Shown here: positions 1 through 6,888 of the stretch, piece after piece
Layout of the letters: each line of letters opens with the position of its first letter
How positions within the stretch are numbered: position 1 is the first letter of the stretch
IMG/VR virus record: IMGVR_UViG_3300046490_000025
Strand: one strand, 5' to 3'
Length of the DNA stretch: 39,689 bases
Origin: a virus
Notes under the pieces: model-generated
Database searches by the model: none
What the model was told of the DNA's origin: nothing
The model's input: only the letters and a program-made list of their open reading frames with translations
Made by a program: the position numbers and the translations under genes

Positions 1-127
1 AAAGCCGTCTTCGCCATCCTGGCAATGGTCCACGCTGTCGCCTTTGGATAGTATAGGGTTAATCATTTGTATACTCCTGAATAATTGCATCGGCTGGTGC
101 GTATTCGTAAAACACCATTTCCCTCAC
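1..127. repeat. Terminal overlap, copy 1; identical to 39563..39689 (circular or terminally redundant genome signature)
   Basis: Direct comparison: aaagccgtcttcgccatcctgg...caccatttccctcac is present at both window ends, 127 nt, no mismatch seen. Confidence 0.9.
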
Positions 128-283
128 TTGTTCAATAGTAAACTGCATTTGAAAATTCGTCTTTACATATTCTATCTGAACAAGTGCCTCAATCAGTGGT
201 TTTGTCTTTTTTTCGTAATCAACTCTAAGCCTATTAAGTTCTTCTTCAAAATACCGTTTATGTAATTCTATCTGGTCGATCAT
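59..283 (-). CDS. Hypothetical small protein (74 aa, helical/coiled-coil composition)
   Basis: ORF track; AGAGGG SD-like sequence upstream of the ATG at 283; same strand and tight packing with neighbours. Confidence 0.55.
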   Translation of the reverse strand: MIDQIELHKRYFEEELNRLRVDYEKKTKPLIEALVQIEYVKTNFQMQFTIEQVREMVFYEYAPADAIIQEYTND

Positions 284-326
284 CTTGATACCCTCTTTTG
301 TTGTTTATACAAGTTGTTTTTAAATC

Positions 327-466
327 GACTCAAGGGTTCGGGCCGGACGCTAACCCGGCAAGCTTGCTGGCCTTACCTGGTATAAGGCCCAACCTTTCGG
401 TTTGCCGCAAGCCCCGCGCTGGTACCGCGGGCGTTCTGCGATTCCACGCCGCCGAACCCTTCAATC
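327..466. other. GC-rich structured element bounded by a 10-bp perfect (15-bp imperfect) inverted repeat; candidate ncRNA or MITE-like insert
   Basis: aagggttcgg (332..341) and ccgaaccctt (452..461) are perfect complements. Internal hairpins are gccgg/ccggc, ggcctta/taaggcc and cccgcg/cgcggg. Two 7-nt loops share CTGGTA (UACCAG on the minus strand), and there is an AACC-GAAA-GGUU tetraloop hairpin. GC content is far above both flanks. Confidence 0.5.
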
Positions 467-781
467 AATCGGTGCAATCCAACGGCGTTTGGGAAAAACG
501 AACTGCCTGTAAAGTTCATCTGTTTTGTCCCTATGCACTTCGTATTTGTCGGCAATCTCGCCGCGTTCTACCTTAGTTTTAAACTCCTTTTCCTGCCTGT
601 ATTTGTTGCACTTCAGGCAGACTACCACGCCGCCTTTTTTGGATGATGCGTACCTTTCCGCCGCTTCCACCATGCCATCCGAGAATGCCGAACGTGGAAG
701 GTAAACCGACTCACCGGCCATTACGCTGCACATCCCGCAGCGCACAAGGCCGGTTTCGTTGATGTAGGTTACTTTTTTCAT
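461..781 (-). CDS. Hypothetical protein with CxxC...CxxC zinc-ribbon-like motif (106 aa)
   Basis: ORF track; RCGMC and CLKC pairs in the translation; 4-nt overlap with the upstream gene stop. Confidence 0.55.
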   Translation of the reverse strand: MKKVTYINETGLVRCGMCSVMAGESVYLPRSAFSDGMVEAAERYASSKKGGVVVCLKCNKYRQEKEFKTKVERGEIADKYEVHRDKTDELYRQFVFPKRRWIAPID

Positions 782-1548
782 ATCCGGTCATGGGTTTGAT
801 CGTAGTCGCATGATGTTGACATCCTCCGCACTATCTCATCCCGGTACTTGATCGCCATTTCCAGCCTGGATATGAGTTTGGCTATGTCTTCGGAGTTCGC
901 TTCTATAAGGGCTATGTGTAGCCGGTGCGCGGGGTTTTTGAAGCGGTCGTCCCATGAGACAAAATGCCAATGCGGTGCGCCGGTTATCAGGCACAAGGAT
1001 TGGACTTGCCAGTAGTAGTCTGGCGCAATGGACTTCAAACTTTCCGCATCGTAAATACCCATATAATCAACATGAGTAGCAGAATTTGGAGCCTTCACTT
1101 CCACACCTGAATTTTCGGATGGTATCAGGCAATCCGGCGACCCGCCAAAGTCCGGCCCAAGCTCTAGGAATTTCTGGTTTAACCCGTAGTCAGTGCATAC
1201 CAGACCTGTCCTTTCCATGAACGCATCCAATGCCGGTACTTCCTGCTCCAATCCACGCGACATGGCTGGGCTTGTATACCCTTCGTCTGTTTGCGGTAGG
1301 CAAAGCCGCTGGATTGCAACATCTTTGATGTAGGTCTTCGCCCCCGCGCTAAGTTCACCGACCACCTTGCCGTTGGTCATCAGCTTGTGGGCATTACTGG
1401 CAGTAAAGTGCGCCCACCTGGCCCTTAGCCAAGAATTTCTTATTTCCTCAGAAGTTTGTATTTTCTCCCCAACTGTTGCAGTATAAAGAGCCGGTGTTTC
1501 CGATTCTATGTTGAATGTGTCAAAAAGGTTTTTTGTTAAATCGTTCAT
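778..1548 (-). CDS. YqaJ-like (lambda Exo-type, PD-(D/E)XK) recombination exonuclease
   Basis: Translation has WLRARWAHFTASNAHKLM, SRGLEQE, GGSPDCL and GVEVKAP motifs typical of YqaJ viral recombinase exonucleases. A strong AAGGAG SD lies 8 nt upstream of the ATG at 1548. Confidence 0.8.
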   Translation of the reverse strand: MNDLTKNLFDTFNIESETPALYTATVGEKIQTSEEIRNSWLRARWAHFTASNAHKLMTNGKVVGELSAGAKTYIKDVAIQRLCLPQTDEGYTSPAMSRGLEQEVPALDAFMERTGLVCTDYGLNQKFLELGPDFGGSPDCLIPSENSGVEVKAPNSATHVDYMGIYDAESLKSIAPDYYWQVQSLCLITGAPHWHFVSWDDRFKNPAHRLHIALIEANSEDIAKLISRLEMAIKYRDEIVRRMSTSCDYDQTHDRI

Positions 1549-2255
1549 TCGCTGTCTCCTTTGAAGATGTCTAGTTGGTTTTTGTGTAGTTCTTGTTTTT
1601 TAGATACAAAATAATTATTATGTGAAATTTTCATTTTATTTCTAAATTCATTATCATTCCATAAATCCTTAGTTATTTGTTTTCTTCTTTCTAATAGAAT
1701 AGGATTAGACTGTGCTATTTTGTGGGCACAATTCATTCTTTTTCTCATTTCAGTGTCTTTCATTGCTTCCTTAGTAGACTCTCCAACTTTCTTCTTTAAT
1801 TCAGGATTGGAATATGCTTTTTTTATTGAATCTATAACCTTAGATTTATAATCAATATTACCCCATCTTTCTTTTGAAGATAAAGATACTTTACCCTTTG
1901 TAATTGGATTGTTAAGAGATTTTTTAAGTCTTTCAACTTGTTCATTAGTATATTTATATCCGCTAGTACCTTCACCGCCATTTGTCAAGTTAGCCAGTTT
2001 TACACCCATCCTCCTTAACACTTCTATCATTTCAACTTCAAGCATAAGAGCGTGACTTTCATCTTTGCATGGTAAAACCCTGATTATGATATTTTCCGCA
2101 CCATACTTTTTTATTATATTTAAGTGATAATGTTTTCTTTGGCTTTGTGATAAGTTATATGCCCTATCATATTTACCCTTACCGACATAGAAAATACCAT
2201 GCACGTCTGTAGTGCCGGGTCTTGCATGGGTGTAAACGTAGAATTGTGTTGCCAT
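1545..2255 (-). CDS. GIY-YIG homing endonuclease with NUMOD3-like C-terminal DNA-binding repeats
   Basis: FYVYTH...GIFYVGKGKYDR...NLTNGGEG (GIY-YIG core), then repeated NPxxxxK(V/I)xxSxKExW-type modules. Strongly AT-rich compared with its neighbours. I place the start at the ATG at 2255; the track start at 2267 is TTG. Confidence 0.8.
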   Translation of the reverse strand: MATQFYVYTHARPGTTDVHGIFYVGKGKYDRAYNLSQSQRKHYHLNIIKKYGAENIIIRVLPCKDESHALMLEVEMIEVLRRMGVKLANLTNGGEGTSGYKYTNEQVERLKKSLNNPITKGKVSLSSKERWGNIDYKSKVIDSIKKAYSNPELKKKVGESTKEAMKDTEMRKRMNCAHKIAQSNPILLERRKQITKDLWNDNEFRNKMKISHNNYFVSKKQELHKNQLDIFKGDSE

Positions 2256-2364
2256 TTGAGTATCCAAGTAGTGTTATTTATCCATGGAAAGGTGATGCGA
2301 ACACTGGGCTGGATAAGACCCACCAAGATCATGACTCTTGGATTGTGTTCGCATGTACATTATA

Positions 2365-2517
2365 TCACATTTTCAATCTCAACTCGGCCCGCACATCCGC
2401 CGCCGTAGGTATCTTCGGACCGACCTCGGCCATATAGAGTGCTGGCATCTCGCTGTTGACCATGCCCGCCATAAATGACTCGCTCAAGTTGGTTGTTTCT
2501 TGTGTTGGTTTGTCCAT
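2365..2517 (-). pseudogene. Orphaned 5-prime fragment (50 codons) of the resident exonuclease gene, cut off by the GIY-YIG cassette
   Basis: My translation is MDKPTQETTNLSESFMAGMVNSEMPALYMAEVGPKIPTAADVRAELRLKM. Residues SEMPALYMAEVGPKIPTAADVR align with SETPALYTATVGEKIQTSEEIR of the 778..1548 ORF (14 of 22 identical). It starts directly after the stop of the upstream gene (TAGATG). Confidence 0.6.
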
Positions 2518-2724
2518 CTATAATCTCCGAGCTTTCAGACCTAGCAAAATCAAAGTATCGACAAGTACATCCGCAGGGTGTTTTTCGTTGAAATTGAATG
2601 CTTCATCAGAATCATCATTTCCGTCGATATAGGCATATACCTGGTCGTTGTCAACCCATACAGTACCAACAAACTCGCCAGAGTTTGCGGCTTGCACAAT
2701 TTCTTCAATAGATTTGTAAAGCAT
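2518..2724 (-). CDS. Hypothetical protein (68 aa, acidic)
   Basis: ORF track; same strand and tightly packed. Confidence 0.55.
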   Translation of the reverse strand: MLYKSIEEIVQAANSGEFVGTVWVDNDQVYAYIDGNDDSDEAFNFNEKHPADVLVDTLILLGLKARRL

Positions 2725-2829
2725 ATTGATTGAATCCCGTTTTTTGAGTTAATCCCGTGGTGGACTCTCGGGCTGGCTGGGATTAGGCCACAGGGTTTAT
2801 AACGTCCTGCTTGTCCGAGAGTGGTTGGT

Positions 2830-2838
2830 ATTATACCA
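2830..2838 (-). promoter_or_regulatory. Extended -10 element (TGGTATAAT) directly after the stop of 2839..3321
   Basis: The reverse complement of ...attatacca reads TGGTATAAT. No good -35. It is followed by an 8-bp closed stem (2764..2771 / 2815..2822). Confidence 0.25.
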
Positions 2839-3321
2839 TTACTGGCTTGATACTATCAAAGGCAATATGTCGAAGACCTTGCTTTTAAAGGCGTTCGTGC
2901 TGTTCTTCTTTTCGCCCCTGTAGATTATGACAACAGGTGTCAACCTGCTTGCGGGTATTATCTCGCCGCGCTGGATTGCATCCTTGACGTTTGCCACCAG
3001 TATCCGGCTGGCATTAAACAGCCGCCTTATTGCCCCGTCTTCTGTCTGAGCGACAAACAAGACGGATTCCAAATCCTTCAATTCGCCGCTCTCCATATCG
3101 GGCATGGTGACAAACCCGATACCCAAAACCCAACCGCGTATGGACTCGCCAACCTCAAGCGGTTGCCAATAGGTTATGTTCATCGGTATCGGAGCCGACT
3201 TAGCCACTGCCAGCGATGGGAGTTCAGCCCCGCCGTGGAGTGCGCTCCCCGCTATCTGCTCGGGGGTGAACCTTGCGGCCTGTGCCGTTGGTGCCTCTGT
3301 TTTTGCTATTTCGTTTTTCAT
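2839..3321 (-). CDS. Hypothetical protein (160 aa)
   Basis: ORF track; sits in the recombination/early block. Confidence 0.6.
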   Translation of the reverse strand: MKNEIAKTEAPTAQAARFTPEQIAGSALHGGAELPSLAVAKSAPIPMNITYWQPLEVGESIRGWVLGIGFVTMPDMESGELKDLESVLFVAQTEDGAIRRLFNASRILVANVKDAIQRGEIIPASRLTPVVIIYRGEKKNSTNAFKSKVFDILPLIVSSQ

Positions 3322-3366
3322 CTTCGTTGTTTCCCATGTGAAAGGGCATCCCTGCCCGTGGTTGGT

Positions 3367-4452
3367 TTATTTGTTAATTTTAAGTTCAAGTTCAACAGCA
3401 AGGTCGCCCCTGCCCATATGGTATGCAAGCATGAGTTTGTTTTCGATGGGAGTGTCCTTTGCCTGAATCTCTGCCAGACGTTGCCTTAAATTCGCCATCC
3501 GTTGCCTTAAATTCTCGTTCCGCTCGGCTTGCGCCTTGGCATCGGCTTTCGCCTTGGCCTCGGATTCCTGCCTTGCCTGGAGGTTCTCGGCTTCAATCCG
3601 TGCGGCCTCGTCACGTTGGGCCTTGAGTTCGTTTTTGTACTTTTCACAATCCAGCCTCATGCGCTCGGCATCTGCTTCCCGTTGCGCTTGGAGTTCAGCG
3701 TCCTGCTTTGCCCGCTCTGCCTGTAGCCGTTCGCGCTCGGCCCGCGCTTCATCTTCGGCCTTGGCGCGTTCCGCCTGTTCGGCTTGCAGCTTGGCGAGTT
3801 CGGCCCGGTCGGCTTCAATTTGCGCCTGTTGCTCGGCTTGGATTCGCGCCAGCTCCACGCGCTCTGCCTCAAGCCGCGCCTGTTCCTGTTCGTGCGCGAT
3901 TGCCTTGCCGAGCATGGTTTCCATCGTCGCCACGCACTCTGCTTGCGCCTGTTTCGCCATGCCCGCGTAAAGGCCGAAACTTTCAATATCATCAATGTCG
4001 AACGCCATGGTTTCAAGTTCCTCGCTGATTCTAGCCGACGAACACCCGATGAACCGGGAAGGCCAATTCCTGATTTCCGCTATCCGCTTCTGTATTTCAT
4101 CCGCCGCCGCCCGCTCGGCTTCCTCCTTCGCCTTGCGCTCGGCTTCCTTGCGGGCTTCCTCCGCTTTGATCTGCGAGTCGATGGGGTCTTCCAGTTCCTC
4201 AAGCGCAAGGGTGATGCGCTTTGCCTCTCCGTCAATCAAACGGCCCTTTTCCAGCACATCGGCCTTGAGTTCCTTCCTCAACTTTTCAAGATCGGTGCGG
4301 TATCCCCTGATTTCGGCCCGCGCTGCCTTGGCATCAGCCATGCCCTTGGTATTGTCCACCTGGAAGACCACGCCCTTGTAACGCCCGCCAAGTTCCGCCA
4401 ATGCCGCCGCCGTTGGCCTGTATTCGATTATCTGTAGTTCGTTTTTGACCAT
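3367..4452 (-). CDS. Coiled-coil protein (361 aa), possibly DUF1351-like
   Basis: The N-terminal region is globular. The centre and C-terminal part are a long E/A/R/K/Q-rich heptad-like tract (AERAKAEDEARAERERLQAERAKQDAELQAQREADAER). The family call is recognition only. Confidence 0.6.
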   Translation of the reverse strand: MVKNELQIIEYRPTAAALAELGGRYKGVVFQVDNTKGMADAKAARAEIRGYRTDLEKLRKELKADVLEKGRLIDGEAKRITLALEELEDPIDSQIKAEEARKEAERKAKEEAERAAADEIQKRIAEIRNWPSRFIGCSSARISEELETMAFDIDDIESFGLYAGMAKQAQAECVATMETMLGKAIAHEQEQARLEAERVELARIQAEQQAQIEADRAELAKLQAEQAERAKAEDEARAERERLQAERAKQDAELQAQREADAERMRLDCEKYKNELKAQRDEAARIEAENLQARQESEAKAKADAKAQAERNENLRQRMANLRQRLAEIQAKDTPIENKLMLAYHMGRGDLAVELELKINK

Positions 4453-4474
4453 TTTGATTGTTTCCTATGTTGAT

Positions 4475-4681
4475 TTATGAAAAATAAGCCATTGACCTAA
4501 CTTCCCATAGTGCGCCAGGTATTTCCGGCCCGGTGCTTTTACAATGTGCAAAGTCCCCTATGTCTGTCAAAACAGAATTAAGCCGTTCGACTTCATCCGC
4601 CAAGTCAATCCCGCATTTTTGCATTTTGCACTTTGCCGCAAGCTGCTTTTCTTTGGCTTGCCGGATGGTTTTGGACCTCAT
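4475..4681 (-). CDS. Hypothetical protein (68 aa)
   Basis: ORF track; abuts 4682..4873. Confidence 0.45.
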   Translation of the reverse strand: MRSKTIRQAKEKQLAAKCKMQKCGIDLADEVERLNSVLTDIGDFAHCKSTGPEIPGALWEVRSMAYFS

Positions 4682-4873
4682 CTAAAGTCCCCTGTTGTGC
4701 GCGGTTTCCCGCGCTTCGAGTTCGCCCCATTGGCGTTCGATGTACCAGTCCTCCATCTGCCTGGTTTCTTTGGCCTCGTCTTCTAGGTAGTCTGTTTCGA
4801 GGCTTATTAGCCTGGGATGGATGAACCCTTGCGGGTTTTTCTTGGTCTTGACTGTCTTTCGCTGTGCGATCAT
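4682..4873 (-). CDS. Hypothetical protein (63 aa)
   Basis: ORF track; competes with the overlapping ORF 4605..4901, but this frame packs end to end with its neighbours. Confidence 0.45.
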   Translation of the reverse strand: MIAQRKTVKTKKNPQGFIHPRLISLETDYLEDEAKETRQMEDWYIERQWGELEARETAHNRGL

Positions 4874-4946
4874 AATCGTTTCTCTGTTGATGTTCGGTCA
4901 TACGGAACAGGCAAGGGGGTCGATTCCACCCGCCCCCCGAGCCACC

Positions 4947-5318
4947 TTATTTGGGCATCGTTTCCCGCTTCAACTCCTTTTCCGCCCATGCATGGGCCGC
5001 TTTCTCCATGATCTTGGTCATCACCTTCCCGGCATAGAAGTCATATTCACGAGGCCGCGCCATGTTGCGCACCTCGTTAATGCGCTCCCATGCCCCGTCC
5101 AATTCCGCGTAATCCTCGGTATCCTCAAGTGCGACCGAGAAGGGAGTCTGTTTAAAATATTGCTCCTTAAGTTCCCCCAGCCTATCCTCCGCCCATGCCT
5201 CATATTCAGCCGTCTGGTCAAGCTCGGAATAGTGCCGTGCCGTGTCAGCTAGAACCGGGCATTTCTTCATCGGCCTTAAAATCCCGTCACGCGCCATGCT
5301 GTCAAATAACTCTTTCAT
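4947..5318 (-). CDS. Hypothetical protein (123 aa, acidic)
   Basis: ORF track. Confidence 0.6.
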   Translation of the reverse strand: MKELFDSMARDGILRPMKKCPVLADTARHYSELDQTAEYEAWAEDRLGELKEQYFKQTPFSVALEDTEDYAELDGAWERINEVRNMARPREYDFYAGKVMTKIMEKAAHAWAEKELKRETMPK

Positions 5319-5327
5319 TTCGCCACC

Positions 5328-5429
5328 TCATTTTATGTAGTTTAAAATTTGCACGGCAAGGTAAAATTCCCATGCCCATGCGCCTAGGATAATCAACCCA
5401 ACGGCAATCAATGCCGCGTTTTTAGCCAT
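5328..5429 (-). CDS. Possible small single-pass membrane peptide (33 aa)
   Basis: My translation is MAKNAALIAVGLIILGAWAWEFYLAVQILNYIK. It is below the track cut-off. It lies just downstream of the 5453..5481 promoter. Confidence 0.3.
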   Translation of the reverse strand: MAKNAALIAVGLIILGAWAWEFYLAVQILNYIK

Positions 5430-5452
5430 GTCAATTACCCATTTTTGTGTCA

Positions 5453-5481
5453 ATTTTATATCATATTGATATATCAGTCAA
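5453..5481 (-). promoter_or_regulatory. Sigma70-type promoter with a palindromic operator in the spacer
   Basis: The minus strand reads TTGACT - 17 nt - TAAAAT. The spacer contains the 7+7 palindrome TATATCA-nnn-TGATATA. Confidence 0.45.
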
Positions 5482-5662
5482 CAGAAAAAGTTAAATCTTT
5501 CGGCAGGTTCACGCCAAACCCGGAATTGATTATCCCGAGTCCCTCGACGTTTTCAAGGGTGACTTGCCTTATCCGGTTGGCGGTAATCCAAAGGATAACC
5601 CTGTCGGCCTCGACGTTGGTCAGCGTCGCCATAAAGTCTTTAAATGCTGTTTGTGCTTTCAT
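5474..5662 (-). CDS. Hypothetical protein (62 aa)
   Basis: ORF track; 4-nt overlap with the upstream gene. Confidence 0.5.
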   Translation of the reverse strand: MKAQTAFKDFMATLTNVEADRVILWITANRIRQVTLENVEGLGIINSGFGVNLPKDLTFSVD

Positions 5663-6057
5663 AATATTTCATTCTCCATTTCAGGGAACCCATGAAAAGT
5701 TTCAACACTCCTTCCATTATCTATCAAGCCCATGACAAAAGACTTTAACCCGTTTAACACGTAGCCATCCATTAAATCATAGTTAAATCGTTCCTTCGTT
5801 TCATCTTCTAAAATGACGAAGGTTTTTACCGCGTCATCCTGCCCGCCGCCTCCGAACAATCCGGGTGCGTAGTCCGATTGGTATGAACTACCAGCTATCA
5901 ATACTGGTATGCTGTACGATTCAACTGACTCTCCTAGATAGTCGGTTTTTTCAAGTGACTTAAAATCCCACTTGTAGGTGTTGGTCCATCCACTACCAGT
6001 ATAGAGTCTGCCAGTTTTCGTTCTTGTAGCTAGTATTTTTTTCATAGTATTATCCAT
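5659..6057 (-). CDS. Hypothetical protein (132 aa), AT-rich accessory gene
   Basis: ORF track; lower GC than the surrounding genome. Confidence 0.6.
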   Translation of the reverse strand: MDNTMKKILATRTKTGRLYTGSGWTNTYKWDFKSLEKTDYLGESVESYSIPVLIAGSSYQSDYAPGLFGGGGQDDAVKTFVILEDETKERFNYDLMDGYVLNGLKSFVMGLIDNGRSVETFHGFPEMENEIL

Positions 6058-6334
6058 TCACCATTTTAGTTACAAAACTTCTTATTTCCTCTCCTGAGCA
6101 TAGTTTTACATATCCTAACTTAAAAGAGTTGTCAGCCCATTTTCTTCCCTCATCCCTTTGTGAAACCATATTCACATCTCTAGTTTGTTCCAAAATATAA
6201 TCGCTCCATTTTCCCTTGAATAGTCCATTTACCTCTTCTACCAGTTCATCCATATTTATTGGGCGTAATAGAGGCGCTGACAATGCCTTTTTTTCCTGCG
6301 ATTTTATAAATCTATTTCTTTTTGCTGCGTTCAT
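6050..6334 (-). CDS. Hypothetical protein (94 aa), AT-rich accessory gene
   Basis: ORF track; its ATG at 6334 is preceded by the conserved leader GGAGATAGCGAAA. Confidence 0.6.
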   Translation of the reverse strand: MNAAKRNRFIKSQEKKALSAPLLRPINMDELVEEVNGLFKGKWSDYILEQTRDVNMVSQRDEGRKWADNSFKLGYVKLCSGEEIRSFVTKMVNG

Positions 6335-6530
6335 TTTCGCTATCTCCGGTTGGTTGCTGGTTCCCTTGTTCCCTCTCCCTATCCTTGGCCCGGTCTATCC
6401 TCTTGCGAACCCAAGCCGAGCCGCCGAGTAATCGAAGCTTGTCGGCTTGCCCCTGCGTGAGCCGTATCTGCTCGGTCACGTTCCACTCGACATGGGGTCT
6501 GCCGCGTGGATTGCCTGTTGGTTTGGTCAT
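6312..6530 (-). CDS. Small basic protein, ribbon-helix-helix-like (72 aa)
   Basis: GRPHVEWNVTEQIRLTQGQADKLRLLGGSAWVRKRIDRA resembles the strand-helix-helix pattern of RHH/CopG-type regulators. Recognition only. Confidence 0.45.
   Translation of the reverse strand: MTKPTGNPRGRPHVEWNVTEQIRLTQGQADKLRLLGGSAWVRKRIDRAKDREREQGNQQPTGDSENERSKKK
6327..6370. repeat. 44-bp direct repeat, copy 1 (translation-initiation leader)
   Basis: gcgttcattttcgctatctccggttggttgctggttcccttgtt versus copy 2 at 6736..6779: 2 mismatches. Confidence 0.85.
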
Positions 6531-6533
6531 GTT

Positions 6534-6743
6534 TCAATCCATCCACGATGGCTTCAATGCCAAGCCCTGAATAACCAGTCCGTGCATTGCTATTGCCTCT
6601 GCTTCAACTTCGGAATCGCTGATAAATCCGTTAATCCTGTATTTGTTTACCCATCCACCGGCAGTTGAACTATGTTTATAACCGGCCTGTCTGTAGGTCT
6701 GGTTTGCGTATGCTTGAATTTCTTTTTTTGTAATTGCGTTCAT
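6534..6743 (-). CDS. Hypothetical protein (69 aa from the internal ATG)
   Basis: The ATG at 6743 is preceded by GGAGACAGCGAAG, the same leader as at 6334. The longer track ORF (to 6830) would begin inside AT-rich non-coding sequence. Confidence 0.5.
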   Translation of the reverse strand: MNAITKKEIQAYANQTYRQAGYKHSSTAGGWVNKYRINGFISDSEVEAEAIAMHGLVIQGLALKPSWMD

Positions 6744-6779
6744 CTTCGCTGTCTCCGGTTGGTTGCTGGTTCCCTTGTT
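6736..6779. repeat. 44-bp direct repeat, copy 2
   Basis: See copy 1. Confidence 0.85.
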
Positions 6780-6859
6780 TGATTTATCTTCCATGGTTAA
6801 TATTGTATTATAAAACAGGGCAGAAGTCAAGCATTATTTTAATAATTTATTAAAATAGT

Positions 6860-6888
6860 TTAATATTTTATTGGGAGTTGACTGACAA
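6860..6888 (-). promoter_or_regulatory. Candidate early-left promoter
   Basis: The minus strand reads TTGTCA - 17 nt - TATTAA in an AT-rich non-coding region upstream of the first early-left gene. Confidence 0.4.

Noticed and set aside
332-461. c-di-GMP-I (GEMM-I) riboswitch, prompted by GGCAAACC...GAAA and CGGGUUA strings
   Set aside because: Only short fragments resemble the consensus. The characteristic ACGCAAAGCC segment and the two-hairpin tetraloop-receptor layout are not evident, and there is no downstream expression platform. I left it as an unclassified structured element.
1545-2388. Group I intron carrying the GIY-YIG ORF inside the exonuclease gene
   Set aside because: The endonuclease stop overlaps the downstream exonuclease ATG (ATGA), and that ATG has a strong AAGGAG SD, so there is no room for 3-prime intron structure. 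The downstream ORF carries its own copy of the N-terminal residues found in the upstream fragment. That points to a duplication or replacement rather than a split exon. RT-PCR would settle it.
3529-4437. Several long plus-strand ORFs (65-217 aa) antisense to the coiled-coil gene
   Set aside because: Their translations are low-complexity (S/A/R/L/C-rich). They arise because the sense strand is a GC-rich repetitive E/A/R/K coding tract lacking the complements of stop codons. They have no starts with an SD and no neighbouring plus-strand genes.
4915-4946. tRNA 3-prime-end-like sequence (GGGGGTCGATTCCACCC...GCCA), possible attP core
   Set aside because: The T-arm is imperfect, the spacing to CCA is off by 1-2 nt, and no complementary acceptor strand, D-arm or anticodon arm lies upstream. 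The genome encodes no integrase.
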